From: Coniocarpon cinnabarinum | Taxonomy: Eukaryota | Reading direction: 5' to 3' | DNA: 46,893 nt | NCBI GenBank assembly: GCA_051942205.1 | Contig: JAVECO010000174.1 | Span: forward strand, 1-46,893 | Shown here: piece after piece, positions 1-11,616 of the stretch | How positions within the stretch are numbered: the first letter of the stretch is position 1 | Layout: each line of letters begins with the position of its first letter | The notes under the pieces: generated by a model | Databases searched by the model: none | Seen by the model: the letters and a program-made list of their open reading frames with translations, nothing else | Told to the model about the DNA's origin: nothing | Made by a program: the position numbers and the translations under genes

Positions 1-2103
1 GGGATGGAGGGATGGAAGGATGGGCGAGGAACAGACGGATGGAGCAGAGAGAGGCTGTTGGTACTCCGTGGTCGCGGAGTCGAGGCAAAGCGAAAGTTTG
101 GCAGTCTGGGGCTGAAAATAGCGTGAGAAGGGTGAGAAGGGTGAGAAGCGTGGAGTGGACGTGTTACAGTAAGCGCCTGTGCAGGGCTTGGATGCTCCCG
201 ACACGCGGATGGACATTAACCTGGAGGTAGCAGGACTCTCCATATCAACAGGAACATCAACATCAACATCACGGACAGCTTAACGATAGAGACCAGAGCC
301 GAGTGTTGGTTAAGCGCGGACCTGCATCGGTAGAGGTGGCCCTGCTGTCGCACAATTATGATTGCCATGATTGCCATGATTGCCCCCCATCCTTCACCCA
401 TCTGCTCGTCTCAAATGTCGGTCTGGGCGCTGCGGGCAGACTTTCGACAAGTGGAGCCTTTGCCCGCATCGAGTAAGGCGCCCCAGAGCCAGACGGGACG
501 GATGACACGTGGGATGAGAGGACAGTCGATCACTCACCCATTACCAAGCCAAAAAGCCTGCTCTTTCCATCTCTGCCGTTGGCCTGTCTTTACGCCGCGC
601 TTCTCTTTCATGAATCCTCATTGTCTGTCCTGTTGAAGGAACTTTGCGCGTCTTGCTTGCGCGGGGAGGGGTCAGGCCACACGAGAGTATTGCCGATGCA
701 AGGCACGAGTTGCCTGCAGTCCCTCTTGCATGAAGAGCGCGCTCAGGTGGGGACTCCCACCATCGAAGAGGCACGAGCGCCAAGACCAATATATTGGTAG
801 AAGAATCGTGAGACTCGATCGCCGAGCGTGTCTCACAATCCGAGGATTTGAATTTAGAGATCGGCCGGTCTTGGCATGCTCGCTATGCACGTGCGTCGGG
901 GGTACTCATCATCATGTGATGGTCACGGGCTAGTAAGAACGGGAGTCCGGAGAAGACACAACCTGCCCGGAGCTCTCCCACTCGCGGCTCGACATTCCAT
1001 CTGGTGAAGCTTCTTTCTACTAACTTTCCTCCGGCGACGTGCGGTGGCGCTCAGTCAGAGATCGAGACCCTCAAATTCATTTCATGATCGTCGGCTTTCA
1101 CGTCTTCAAGCTGCTTACCGACCTTGCCAGATTCCGCGGCGCTGGGCGTCGATGAGGTTGTTGCCAACGTTCCAGCTCGTCGGGGTGGGGGACCCTCAAC
1201 AGCTTCCGCTTCCGGCGGCCCTGCTCACAACAACCTCACGCCAACGCGCCTCTATCGGCCGCTTGCATGCAGTTTGACCCCACTCGACATCGACACAGCG
1301 CATCAATCTTTACATACGCTTGTGCGCCGCACAGGACCGTCGTGCGCCACCTCACTGCCGGCGGTGCTGCTCGCTGGATGACGTGCGCCGGTGCCTGCAT
1401 ATTCGCCAGGCCAATGCCCGCCCATCTGCCAGGCTCCCTCGCCAAATCGACAACAGCCGTGCCATCCGCGCCAGACTCGATATTCCATTGCTCCAGTCGA
1501 CCCCGGTATATGTCTCGCTCTTCACTCCTAATGCAGGTCTCATGTCTCCCCAAGGCAACTCGCTAGCACCCATTCGTCCACGCCGCCATCTGCGCAGCCA
1601 AAGATCGATGGCTTCGTATTGACAAACTTTTTGGCGGCGCTATGCGGCACAGTGATGATGCAGCTGCCCACGCCTTGCCAATCTCCCCAACGTCCTCGGT
1701 CTCGAGTGCGACGCTGCGACGCGTGCAACCTGCAAAAGGCAGACATGTACGACGATTGTACCAATGTAGCTCCCAAGTAGTTGGCGGGGAACAGTCTGAC
1801 CTGCTTCTTACCGAGACGCCGCCGCTCTTGGAATGTTCAGCACTTGCGCAGGTGTGCCGCATCTTAAAGAATCATACGCGCCTCGTTGTACAGTGTCGTC
1901 CGGTCTCTTCGTCGTCTTTCTCTCTTTTCCTGCGACTGCCTGTGGTTTGCTCCCTGCTCTGCTCCTGGTGGCTGCAGCGTGTCTACCTTTTGCCGAGTCT
2001 GCTTGCAATGGGCAATGACCACAGGTAGGGCTCCGACATTGAAAGATCTCCCGGCGTTCGCCACCACTATCAAGGTATGGAGACGGTGACCAGAGTTAGC
2101 GGG

Positions 2104-5100
2104 ATGAAGCTCGCTTGTCTGTTACTTGCCTTGCAAGTTTCCGCTCGGCCACAAATACTCTCACTCGACTTGAACTCTTTTGGTACGTCTGTCACGATCA
2201 CGATCGCCTTGGATCCACAAGCAAAAACTGTTGGATAGCTGCATCACACAGACCTTGCTCATCATTCCATCTCTATGTATTCGTCTCTGACCTATTTATG
2301 GCCAGGCGTTTCAGCTCGAGTTGGAGCTACTCAGTCCAATGTCGCCTCATCCACCTCCAGCGCTCAAGCGGCGGCGTCTGTGTACGGCATCGTTCCGACC
2401 ACTGCTCCCAATGCCATCTCCAGCGATGTATCGACTCTGCCAGAAGAGGGGCAGGGGACCACGGGAGATATCTATGGCCCTGTTGAAAGTGGTTACGACC
2501 AAAGTGGTTATAGTGATTCCAGCATTCAACCTGTGACTGAAGCGCCTTCCACCTCAACCGTTCTAGAGACTTCGACAATTACCATCACTGTACGTTCGGC
2601 GCATGCCTTGCGATTCGCACGATTATACGAGGGTCCATGAAGTCCCAACTCTGGTGCGAAAGCTCGTCACAGGGAATGAGCAAGTGTGCGTATTTGAGTG
2701 AAGTGCTGACCTTAAGCAATCAGTCTTGCCCTTCAACCATCACCGACTGCCCAGCATCAATGCAATCGACAAGTACAATGACAGTGGTCGGTCCATCAAC
2801 GCCTGTTGCGAGCTCGTATTCGACGCCTACCATATCGATTCCGAGCTATCCAGTAACGATACTCCCATTGCCGATACCCACTATCTCAGTGTCACTGCCG
2901 TGTATAATTGGCTGCGAGCCTAAGCCAAAATGTTCAAGTTCCGGCTGTCTAAAATTTACTACTGTGCCCTGCTTCGACTACGGCTCTGCTCCACCTTACG
3001 GGATTCCAACGACAAGCGATTGCCCAATGTGTGTCAAGTCTGGATGCGTAACGACCGGTACTTCAACATCAACATCAACATCGTCGACCTGCTCTAATTA
3101 CCGATGCGTGTCAATGACCACTAATTTATGCCAACCCGGCAACTACGGATATCCAACCCCATGCACGTCGTGCGTGAAGTCCAGTTGCATTCCTCAGTCA
3201 TCCACATCGTCCACCTCGTCTACTACTTCAAGGACCTCCTCGTCCTCATCGACCTGTTCCAATTATCAATGCGTCTCGAAGACCACTACTTTGTGCCGAC
3301 CAAGCAACTACGGATATCCGACCCCGTGTACATCGTGCGTGAGTTCCAGCTGCGTTACTCCATCGTCCACATCGTCCACATCGTCCACATCGTCCACATC
3401 GTCCACATCGTCCACATCGTCCACATCGTCCACATCGTCCACATCGTCCACATCGTCCACATCGTCCACCTCGTCCACCTCGTCCACCTCCTCCACCTCA
3501 TCCACCTCTACGACTTCAACGACCTCCACGACCTCCACGTCCTCCACGTCCTCCACGTCCTCTACGACCTCTACGACATCTACGAGTTCCACCACCCCTC
3601 CCCCCAAGTCCACATCGTCAACGTCCTCCACGACATCCACCTCTTCCACGACATCCACATCTTCCACCACATCCACATCTTCCACGACATCCATGTCCTC
3701 CACCACATCCACGTCCTCCACCACATCCACATCTTCCACCACATCCACGTCTTCCACCACATCCACGTCCTCCACCACACCGCCTCCTACATCCATCACA
3801 TCCACATCCTCTACAACGTCCACATCCTCTACTACATCGACTACTACATCAACTACTACATCAACTACCACATCGACCACTTCTACAACGTCCACATCCT
3901 CTACTACATCCTCTGCTACATCGAGTACTTCCACAACGCCGCCCCCTACGTCCACTACATTCACGTCCTCCACTACGTCCACGACCTCTACAACCACCTC
4001 AACTACCTCGACTACATCAATCACGTCATCTACAACGTCTACGACGTCTACTTCGATTATTACATCTACGTCCTCTACGTCCTCTACCACTCCACTATCA
4101 ACCTCTACTACATCTTCGACCTCTAGTACCTCTACAAGCTCTAGCATGTCGTCAACCTCAACCTCGACCTCGACCTCACCACCTCCAACTTCCACTACAT
4201 ATACAACATCTACCACATCCACTACCTCTACTACTTCCACAGCGACCATTACACCGCCTCCAACGTCTGTTACATCAACCACGTCCAGCACGTCCACCTC
4301 CCCTGTAACCACTTCGTCCACGATATCCACACAGTCCACTACATCCACAACGACTATCACACTACCTCCAACTTCCACTACGTCTACGTCCTCAACAACC
4401 TCGAGCACTTCTTCCACTACCTCTATTACGTCGTCTACAAACTCTACCACATCAACCTCCACTACATCATTAACAATCTCTATTACAACGCCAATGACCC
4501 CTATCACATCATCAACTACCTCAACGTCATCCACAATAGCTATGACTTCATCCACGAGCACTACGCCACCCACTAGCTCAATGCCATCCACGACAACCTC
4601 ATCCACGAGTACCACGCCACCAACGAGCTCAACACTGTCAACGATTCCCACATCTATACCTACTAGCCCATCAACAACCTTTGTTACGACTATCACTTCT
4701 ACAATAACGATAATGCCCACCACGCCTGTAACCTCTAGTACGTCCACAACTTCCAGCTCGCCTGCAACCTCTAGCATACCTACCACTTCCAGTACAAGTG
4801 TAATAATTACAACGACAATTACCTCCACTATACCTGTTTCTTCCACTACAAGCACAACCTCTGATACACCTTCGATTTCAACAACGTCTACATCTTCCAA
4901 CACGCCCACAAACTCTAGCACAACAGTAACCTCCACCACGCCCATTACCTCCTCTACATCTACGGTCCCTACCACGTCTATCACCTCTGGCACGTCCATA
5001 ACTCCAGTACCTTCTTCAACCACGTGCTCTGCACGTTGTCAACTGAACTCTTACGGCCCATCTGGCTTATCAGGCGGCTGGAGACCAGTGGCTGCCGTGA

Positions 5101-6730
5101 GTACTGTTGCTGCTTACACACAGCTCGAGATCATAGACCAAGCTGCTGGGACCACAGACACGATCACAAATACAAACACAGACAGTCTCTCCGCTTATAC
5201 ACTACCTACCAATGCCGCTGGCACAAGAACCTACAATATCACGCAAACGTTCCAAAACTTGGGTATCACTTCAACTTACAACCTGGCATACCCGACAGCG
5301 CTCAATCTGTACTCGGATTGGTTTGAATGGATCGGTAAGTGCCATATTAATTTCTTCACCTGCACTTTATTCGATTTTTCATCACGGAAAATTATTGTAT
5401 TCTCGATCTGAGAACTCCAAGCTTACGTATTCCCCTAGGCCAGCTCCAAACCTCAGGATCATGCCAGTCGTATGATACCTACCATACGCAATACTTTTCA
5501 AACGCTCCCCCGGAGCCCACTATCACTACGTTTGCGACAGACCAGGGTGACCCTCGTGGCCTTAATTACTTCTTCGGGACAGCCCAACAACCGTTCTACA
5601 ACGGGTTCAATACACTTGGTCCCAATTTCCCTGCGGAGCTAGCGCTTGCTGGCTGCACAATAGACCCTGCACAGTATATTCAGCAAGTGCCGTTTACCTC
5701 AGGTCCAAACTTCGTTACTGTCACTTCGACGGTGACCCGAATACCGGAGCTCAGCAATGGTGGCGCTCCCCCTCCACCTCCACCAGCAAGCACCGCCATG
5801 CCCGAACCACCCAATCCACAAGTCCCCGGCGTCACTGGCGCACCTAATCCGGCGCCGCCTGGGTCGCCAAATCTCCCGAACCCTCAGTTACCGGGACTTC
5901 CTTCCGGAGCGAATGGTCCGGGCGGTAGCAACGGCGGGAACGGCGGGAACAATGGCGGCGGAGGTAGCAGTGGCAATGGCAACGGTGGTAATGGAGGAGG
6001 AGGAGGAGGAAGTGCTGGTGGGAACCCGAATCCAAACCCGGCTGTCGCTGGGGCCAGCAGCGGCAGCTTTAACGCTCTCTCGGTTTTGGCTCCTGCTGCT
6101 TCCTCGAACGCACCTGCGCCAGTCCTTGCAAGCGCAGCACCGGTCGTAGCAGGATCGATCAACGCGCTATCCATCCTCGCTCCGTCTCAACCCACGAATA
6201 TCGCAGCTTCAGCTCCAGCTCCAGCAGCCGCACCTCCCAGTGAGCCAAATGCTCCAGTAGCATCATCACCGGGACAGCCTGGCGCAGTAGCTGGTGCAAG
6301 CTCTTCTCTCGCAGCTCCAGAAGAGCCTTCGTTTGCAACGCAGCCCTCAGCAGCCCTGTCATCGTCGGAGGCAACCCCAGCAGGCGAAAGCAGTGCAGCT
6401 GTTGCTGGCCAATCTGCACCGATCACGTCTCCCAGCAATGGCTTCGTGCCGGGCGAGTCCAATGGTGCCAGCGTCGCTGCTGGAAGCTCGGCCATTACGT
6501 CAGCAGCATCGAACCCTGCTGTTGCGGGAGCGGGATCGAGCGCTGTTGTGCCAGGCGCATCAAACGGCGAAACGGCGAGCATTGGTACGACGCCTAGCAC
6601 CGTCGCAGTGGGCGGTGCAAGTGGGACGACGAGTAGTGCAAGCTACACTGGCGCTGCTGCGCCTCAGAGGAAACAGAGCAGTCTAGGAGTGATGGTGGGG
6701 TTAATGGGAATAGTGTGGGGAATGGCCTGA
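2104..6730 (+). CDS. Large secreted Ser/Thr-rich mucin-like, probably GPI-anchored cell-wall protein (~1421 aa; exons 2104-2182, 2306-2589, 2724-5334, 5439-6730)
   Basis: ATG at 2104 gives a signal peptide (MKLACLLLALQVSA). Introns GTACGT..CTGAC..CAG (2183-2305, 2590-2723) and GTAAGT..TAG (5335-5438) join ORFs 2275+, 2637+ and 5687+ in frame (4266 nt = 1422 codons). Contains a TITITSCPSTITDCP motif, three 6-Cys modules, a long S/T stalk, a Pro/Gly/Ala-rich region and a GPI-type C-terminus (YTGAA...SSLGVMVGLMGIVWGMA). Confidence 0.85.
3363..3488 (+). repeat. Coding 9-bp tandem repeat (TCGTCCACA x11 then TCGTCCACC x3) encoding (SST)n
   Basis: Read directly from the sequence; perfect units 3363-3461. 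Confidence 0.95.
3633..3776 (+). repeat. Coding 18-bp tandem repeat x8 (ACATCCACNTCYTCCACS) encoding (TSTSST)n
   Basis: Eight near-identical 18-bp units starting at 3633, 3651, 3669, 3687, 3705, 3723, 3741 and 3759. Confidence 0.9.
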
Positions 6731-6909
6731 CGCTGAGAAAGATGGAAGTATTGTCATGATAATGTACAAATCTTAATGTGTATTAGATACGATCGTTACG
6801 GATAATGATGCATGGTGAGAGCAAGTTGTGCTCTGTAATGTAATGGGAGATATGGGATGGGGCTCTACCAGGAATGAAAGTCAAACAAGCGAAAAGAGCG
6901 TTTTGCATG

Positions 6910-7143
6910 CACGCGGTGGGGAATAAAAGCGGCACACTTTAAGACACTCTCACCAAAAATCGCTACCCTATATAGCTATATTTCTCTTTCACACTTAGAT
7001 ACAATTAATTGATTTTCTAGTATTACATAAAGTAAGCTTTATGCTCTCTACCCCTACTACAATTATATTAAAATTTGTAATCGCGTTACTTGGAGAGAGT
7101 GCTGCACCCATTTTGGTGTGCCGCTTTTATTCCCTACCGCGTG
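6910..7143. mobile_element. Non-autonomous DNA transposon (MITE), 28-bp TIRs starting CAC/ending GTG, 5-bp TSD GCATG
   Basis: Left TIR 6910-6937 CACGCGGTGGGGAATAAAAGCGGCACAC; right TIR 7116-7143 is its reverse complement with 1 mismatch. GCATG lies directly outside both ends (6905-6909, 7144-7148). Interior is AT-rich. Confidence 0.88.
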
Positions 7144-8150
7144 GCATGGTTTTGAGGCTGCTAACATTGGGTTTGTGGGGTGCCACTTGGATGTCATCAC
7201 GTGAGATAATACTAAGTTGCTTTTTTTGGCAGTGACGGGTTTTGCCGTGCCATTATTGCACCAACTTAACGCGCTCCCTACCCCGGGTTGGATCCACCCA
7301 TATCAACTTTAAACTAACGTTACAGCTGTCCGACGATGCGGGACGGCTCATGCCAAAGAGATCTTCGGCAAGCTCCTCAAAAACGAGAATCACTCCTTGG
7401 TCACGGTCGCGCTGCTGCCTCTGCGGCGGCTCGAAATGGCGTTTCCTCTTACGCCAAGGGGCATCAAAATTGCTCTCGCGGGTTCTCAGTGGGAGCAAGA
7501 GGTAGGTGGTGGGTCCGCATGCAGGAACCAAGATGGCATGAAGCCCACGTGCCAATAATGGCCTAAAGGTCCCGAGATCAAGCGTCGAGATATCAGCACG
7601 GCGGCAGTCGTCTCTCGTCTAACACTCAAAGGACTGGCCCAGCCTTGTGTCGAGCCGCTGTCTGCAACCCCCAGCGCCCCCCTAGTCGACTTGGCGACCA
7701 TTCCTCCTTCTGTTGGCTCCACGCTTGGGATGACTGCAAGCTCTCAACCTTGATTCACTGCCCGGACCCTCGTCCCAATGTTTGATACTTGTTCCATTGG
7801 ACACTGGTGGAGCCGAGTGACATTAAGCGCTGGGGATTGACCGAAACGACCATACGCTCATCTCAAGATACCCATATTTGTCCTCCGCCAAGACACCAGC
7901 TCTGCTGCAGAAGGACGTCGTCTCAATCGTAAATAAACAGCCTCGTTGCCTGCGGCGCATTACCCCATCCAGCTCACTGCAGCACTTCTGACTCCGCTCC
8001 TCTAAGCCGCGGTATCCTCAGTGCATAAGTAGGCCCGTTGCAGCCCTCTTCATTCGAAGCGCATCGGAGGCAGCAAGCATCACTGCACTATCCCCAGCGT
8101 TAAACCGTATCGCGGACTCCAGATAGCGTGTCACTTTGTCAAGCTCAACC

Positions 8151-9236
8151 ATGGCCTACACGTGCCTTAGACTTGCCTTCGCTTTCGCGCCTACCATCTA
8201 TGCGCTGTCCGACGGCCAGTACTTGACACCTCGCCGGCTGACCGTGCGATCTGCTGGTCCAGGCCTCGAAGCAAGGCAGACTATTCCACAGTTCTGCAGC
8301 TCTGGACTATCGTGTTCCGATTGTAAGTGCTACAGTACCCTCCGGCTCTGTCCATCCCAGTGCTCATAACGATCTAGGCTTCGGTTCTGGCTACACGGAC
8401 TGCCCATCTGGCAGCGACGTGGATTGCCATAACCCATCTGATCCTGACTCTGTCTGTAACTACAGTGACGGTGGCTCGTCTTACACTACCCCCACAATCC
8501 CGCCTTTGCCGAGCTTTACAAATCCCTCTGCGCCTGGCGCCAATCCCGCACAAGCTTCGAGCCCTCCCGGAGTGTCTGGCGGTAGTGGTGTAGACTCCCA
8601 ATGTGCAAGCTCGTTTGGTTCGGAATACGTCTCGTGCGGCTCGAACGCATGCTATGACCCCAGCTCCGACGAAGTTTGTTGTCCTGATGGCAGTAAGTAG
8701 CATCTCTGATCGCTTTACTTAGTCACAATTCACTAATCATCGGCCTAGGCCACTGCTACAGTGGGCAGACGTGCTCCTCGACCCCAGGCTATTGCTGCGA
8801 TACTGTGAGTAATGAGTATTTTGAACTCTACGAAGTCTAGCTAATTACACACCAGTACGACGACGACAACACATGCACCAGCACATCATTCAACATGACC
8901 CTAGTCGACTCTTACGATCCATCAGACTCAGACTCCAGTGACTCCGCTGCCGGCGCCATCATCTCATCTCAAGCTGCCACCGCCACCGCAACTCAAGCCT
9001 CAAACAGCTACTTCACCCAGGCGGCAACCGCGAACGCGCAGTCGACAGGTGGACTACGATCAGGTGACGAGCCAACGACTACGGCCAGCCTTCGTTCTGG
9101 AGACGCAACTGGCACGAGTGGACCACGAGCTGGTGGCGAGTCTGCCACTACAGATTTTGCGCTGGCTGGCGCCGAGCCTATGCTGTGGTCGGCGATTGGT
9201 GTGGCCGTGGGTGTCATTGCGCTCGCGATTGACTGA
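8151..9236 (+). CDS. Secreted Cys-rich, probably GPI-anchored protein (~307 aa; exons 8151-8322, 8378-8692, 8749-8804, 8856-9236)
   Basis: Signal peptide MAYTCLRLAFAFAPTIYA. Three canonical introns (GTAAGT/GTAAGT/GTGAGT..YAG) join ORFs 8136+, 8419+ and 8895+ in frame (924 nt). Cys-rich N-half, S/T/A-rich linker and hydrophobic C-terminus LWSAIGVAVGVIALAID. Confidence 0.85.
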
Positions 9237-9839
9237 AGTCGTTTTATTCGTGACGTGAAACGGTCTCCGAGTGCTTTCTGCTGTTGTCAGCGATTCTGGT
9301 ACGCAAAGAAGATACCCTCACCTGTTTCGTATTTACGTCAAAGGTTTATGCCAAGACGTTGAATTATATGTTGATGTCTGGTACTAATGAGATCATTGCC
9401 GTAGCTGCCAAGACTTTTCTGAGCATATCCATTGGCGAGCTCTGCAATGTGTACTTTTCATCTACTTGATCGTCCGTTTATTGGAGCTTGGACTCCTTCC
9501 AACACAACCATGTTTCCTGAGATCTGCCTCGCTGATGTCTCTACGGGATCGTGCGAGATATCTTGTGCCAGATGACAAGCTTCGCTGCTGTATCTGCGCC
9601 GTTAAATCTCCGTTTGTGTACTCTACCAACGTGAAGAAATTCTGCGAAACAGACAAATACAGCGATTGTACCGGATCTTCAATTGTGCATCTCGAGGTTA
9701 CAACGTGGAGCAAGGAGGTAGGTGCTAGACAGCTGTACCTGTCTTTCTGCGTCTCATATTCGGTTTTCGAGGCAAAATTCAAACGCTTGGTGTCTTATCG
9801 CCATCTTAATATATTCCATCCGCGCGGGCATTCGGAAAC

Positions 9840-10291
9840 TCACAGACAGTCCCGAACCAGAGCCGCAACCCGTTTCTTCAAGGACGCATGGGTCCAACGC
9901 AACAACTCGGGCCTCAACGGCGGTTTCCAATACTCGCCGCTCTCCAGTGCGCGGGTAAAGCGGTCCAATACCAAATTTTCCATGCAAACAAAAATGCTTT
10001 CTTGCATGCACCACTGGCCTTCTCTCGTCATGCCTGTTGTATACGCGTTTTGGCTTTGCCAGCGAGAGGCGACGCAATATGACCGAATAGTTCACGTTCT
10101 TGGCGTTCCAGGGCGACGCTGGCGTGAAGTGTGGCGCAGAGGTAGTTGATTGCTTCGAGTGAGATCTCCTTGGGTTCGAGTCGGTGGATTGATCCATCGA
10201 TGTGGGCTGATATATATTCGTAGCTCTTGAGAGGAGGACGGAATATGGCACGAAAGATTGATTTAGCAATGTCTCGCAAGATTATTAGCAT
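9840..10291 (-). pseudogene. Tandem-family member 1, frameshifted (apparent 1-nt deletion near 10085)
   Basis: ORF 10028-10291(-) carries the family motif LEAINYLCATLHASVALERQERELF. Shifting frame at ~10085 continues RSYCVAS...REGQWC...LKKRVAALVRDCL* (ORF 9840-10031), matching family motifs 2 and 3. Confidence 0.65.
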
Positions 10292-10566
10292 CTTTGCAAG
10301 GAGTTAGTGATCAAGCTGGTGGGCTGTGAAATGTGAGGAAGCTTTTCTAAGACTTGGAGAGATCTTTGGGATCAAGAAGTGTTTTCATGGTTGGACATCT
10401 AGAGTAGGTTCGGACTGTCAGGCAAGGTGGAAAACCAGACCGCTTCATCTACCCTATCAGGACAGCGCTAATGCCTTCACAGCACGACCAATGATATCAA
10501 ATCACGTGTCTTGATGTGCAAGCTCCCATCGCTGGTGGACATCATCACTCAGGCATATCTCCAATA

Positions 10567-11361
10567 CTACACCAGATCCACAATGGCTGACAGCTCCCGA
10601 GCCCGATGGTCCATCTCCGTCCACACACTTTCCAAGGCACCACCAATATACCATTCGAACTCTCGCATCCGCACTCGCAGCTGACAGGTCAACTCCCAGA
10701 GGACCTGTCCTGGCACGGCCTGGCCGTCATCATCCTCTTCCTCGCTGACACTCACGCTGCTCAAAAAATGGCCTATGTGATCGACCGCACCCCGTGCGTA
10801 GCGATTATCCTTCTTGTACCACGCTTTTTCATTCGCGGTCAACTTGTTAGCTATATTGCAGAATTGGCGCTCCGTTTGGAATTCGTATCTGTTCCAATAT
10901 TTCGCATCGAAGTTTTTGTGGGCGAGCGCGCACTTGGTGGTGACGAGAAGATAGTCGATCGCTGCGCTGAGCGTTTCGAGAGCTGCCTGGTCATCGTGGT
11001 GTAAGCTAAGGCTTGCTGATTGGCTGTTGATAGTGAGTGCGTCACTGTCATTGTCACTGGCGTCACTGGTAGAAGAATCGGCGTGAGACACTGAGAGTTC
11101 ACGGGCTATTTTTTGCACTCGCAAGATGCGCGGGAGAGGCAGGCCAGTCGAAGAAGAAGAAGATCTCCGAGACATTGAGAGCGCACGAGTGTTTGATTGT
11201 TCGTGCAGAGCATGCTGTGGCATCTGGTCACCTTGGGCTGAGTCAGAGCTTTCCGATTGGCTGTAGTTGGAGGTGTCGCTGCTACAATTCGAAGAAGAAG
11301 AACTTCGAGACATTGTGAGTGTACAAACGTTTTCTTTTTCTTGTAGAACACGCTGTGGCAT
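10567..11361 (-). CDS. Tandem-family member 2 (divergent; 264 aa with a duplicated Ser-rich N-terminal extension)
   Basis: Contains LETLSAAIDYLLVTTKCALAH...YWNRY and NEKAWY, matching the family motifs. The N-terminus has two MPQ..L.E..N...L.MSR.SSSS repeats. Confidence 0.7.
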   Translation of the reverse strand: MPQRVLQEKENVCTLTMSRSSSSSNCSSDTSNYSQSESSDSAQGDQMPQHALHEQSNTRALSMSRRSSSSSTGLPLPRILRVQKIARELSVSHADSSTSDASDNDSDALTINSQSASLSLHHDDQAALETLSAAIDYLLVTTKCALAHKNFDAKYWNRYEFQTERQFCNIANKLTANEKAWYKKDNRYARGAVDHIGHFLSSVSVSEEEDDDGQAVPGQVLWELTCQLRVRMREFEWYIGGALESVWTEMDHRARELSAIVDLV

Positions 11362-11616
11362 CTACCCGCGCTGAAAATAAATAAGTCGTTGCCATGGCAA
11401 ACGTTGGGACGGTGGACTGATCATCTGACGTAGTCGATCTCGCAATCTCGGTCAGGTGTTCGGAGGATTACGACCGACTCGGCTCACAGAGGGTAGGAAT
11501 CATACGGCCTGCATTTCCAACACAATACCCCGCTACGACCTCTAGATCCCTACCAGTCTTTCCAACTCGCAACAAAGACAACCGATCTCACAGCTTTTTA
11601 TATCACTTTAAGACCA

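Noticed and set aside
1..2030. Many 60-130 aa ORFs and short 9-bp repeats (GTGAGAAGG x3, ATGATTGCC x3)
   Set aside because: No recognisable motif or consistent spliced model; probably promoter/5' UTR, although an unrecognised gene cannot be excluded.
3363..3776. Regular repeats resembling a CRISPR array
   Set aside because: They are head-to-tail coding repeats with no spacers, in a eukaryotic gene.
3308..5023. 571-aa Val/Asp/Glu-rich minus-strand ORF (also the 332-aa His-rich + ORF at 3128-4126)
   Set aside because: These are shadow frames of the Ser/Thr repeat region, whose codons rarely give stops in other frames.
9466..10149. 227-aa plus-strand ORF
   Set aside because: It has a non-ATG start, no motifs, and lies antisense to array member 1.
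9754..10269. 171-aa minus ORF ending RHQAFEFCLENRI, superficially like the family C-terminus
   Set aside because: It lacks the family N-terminal and E-x-x-W motifs; a single frameshift between the other two frames explains the locus more simply.
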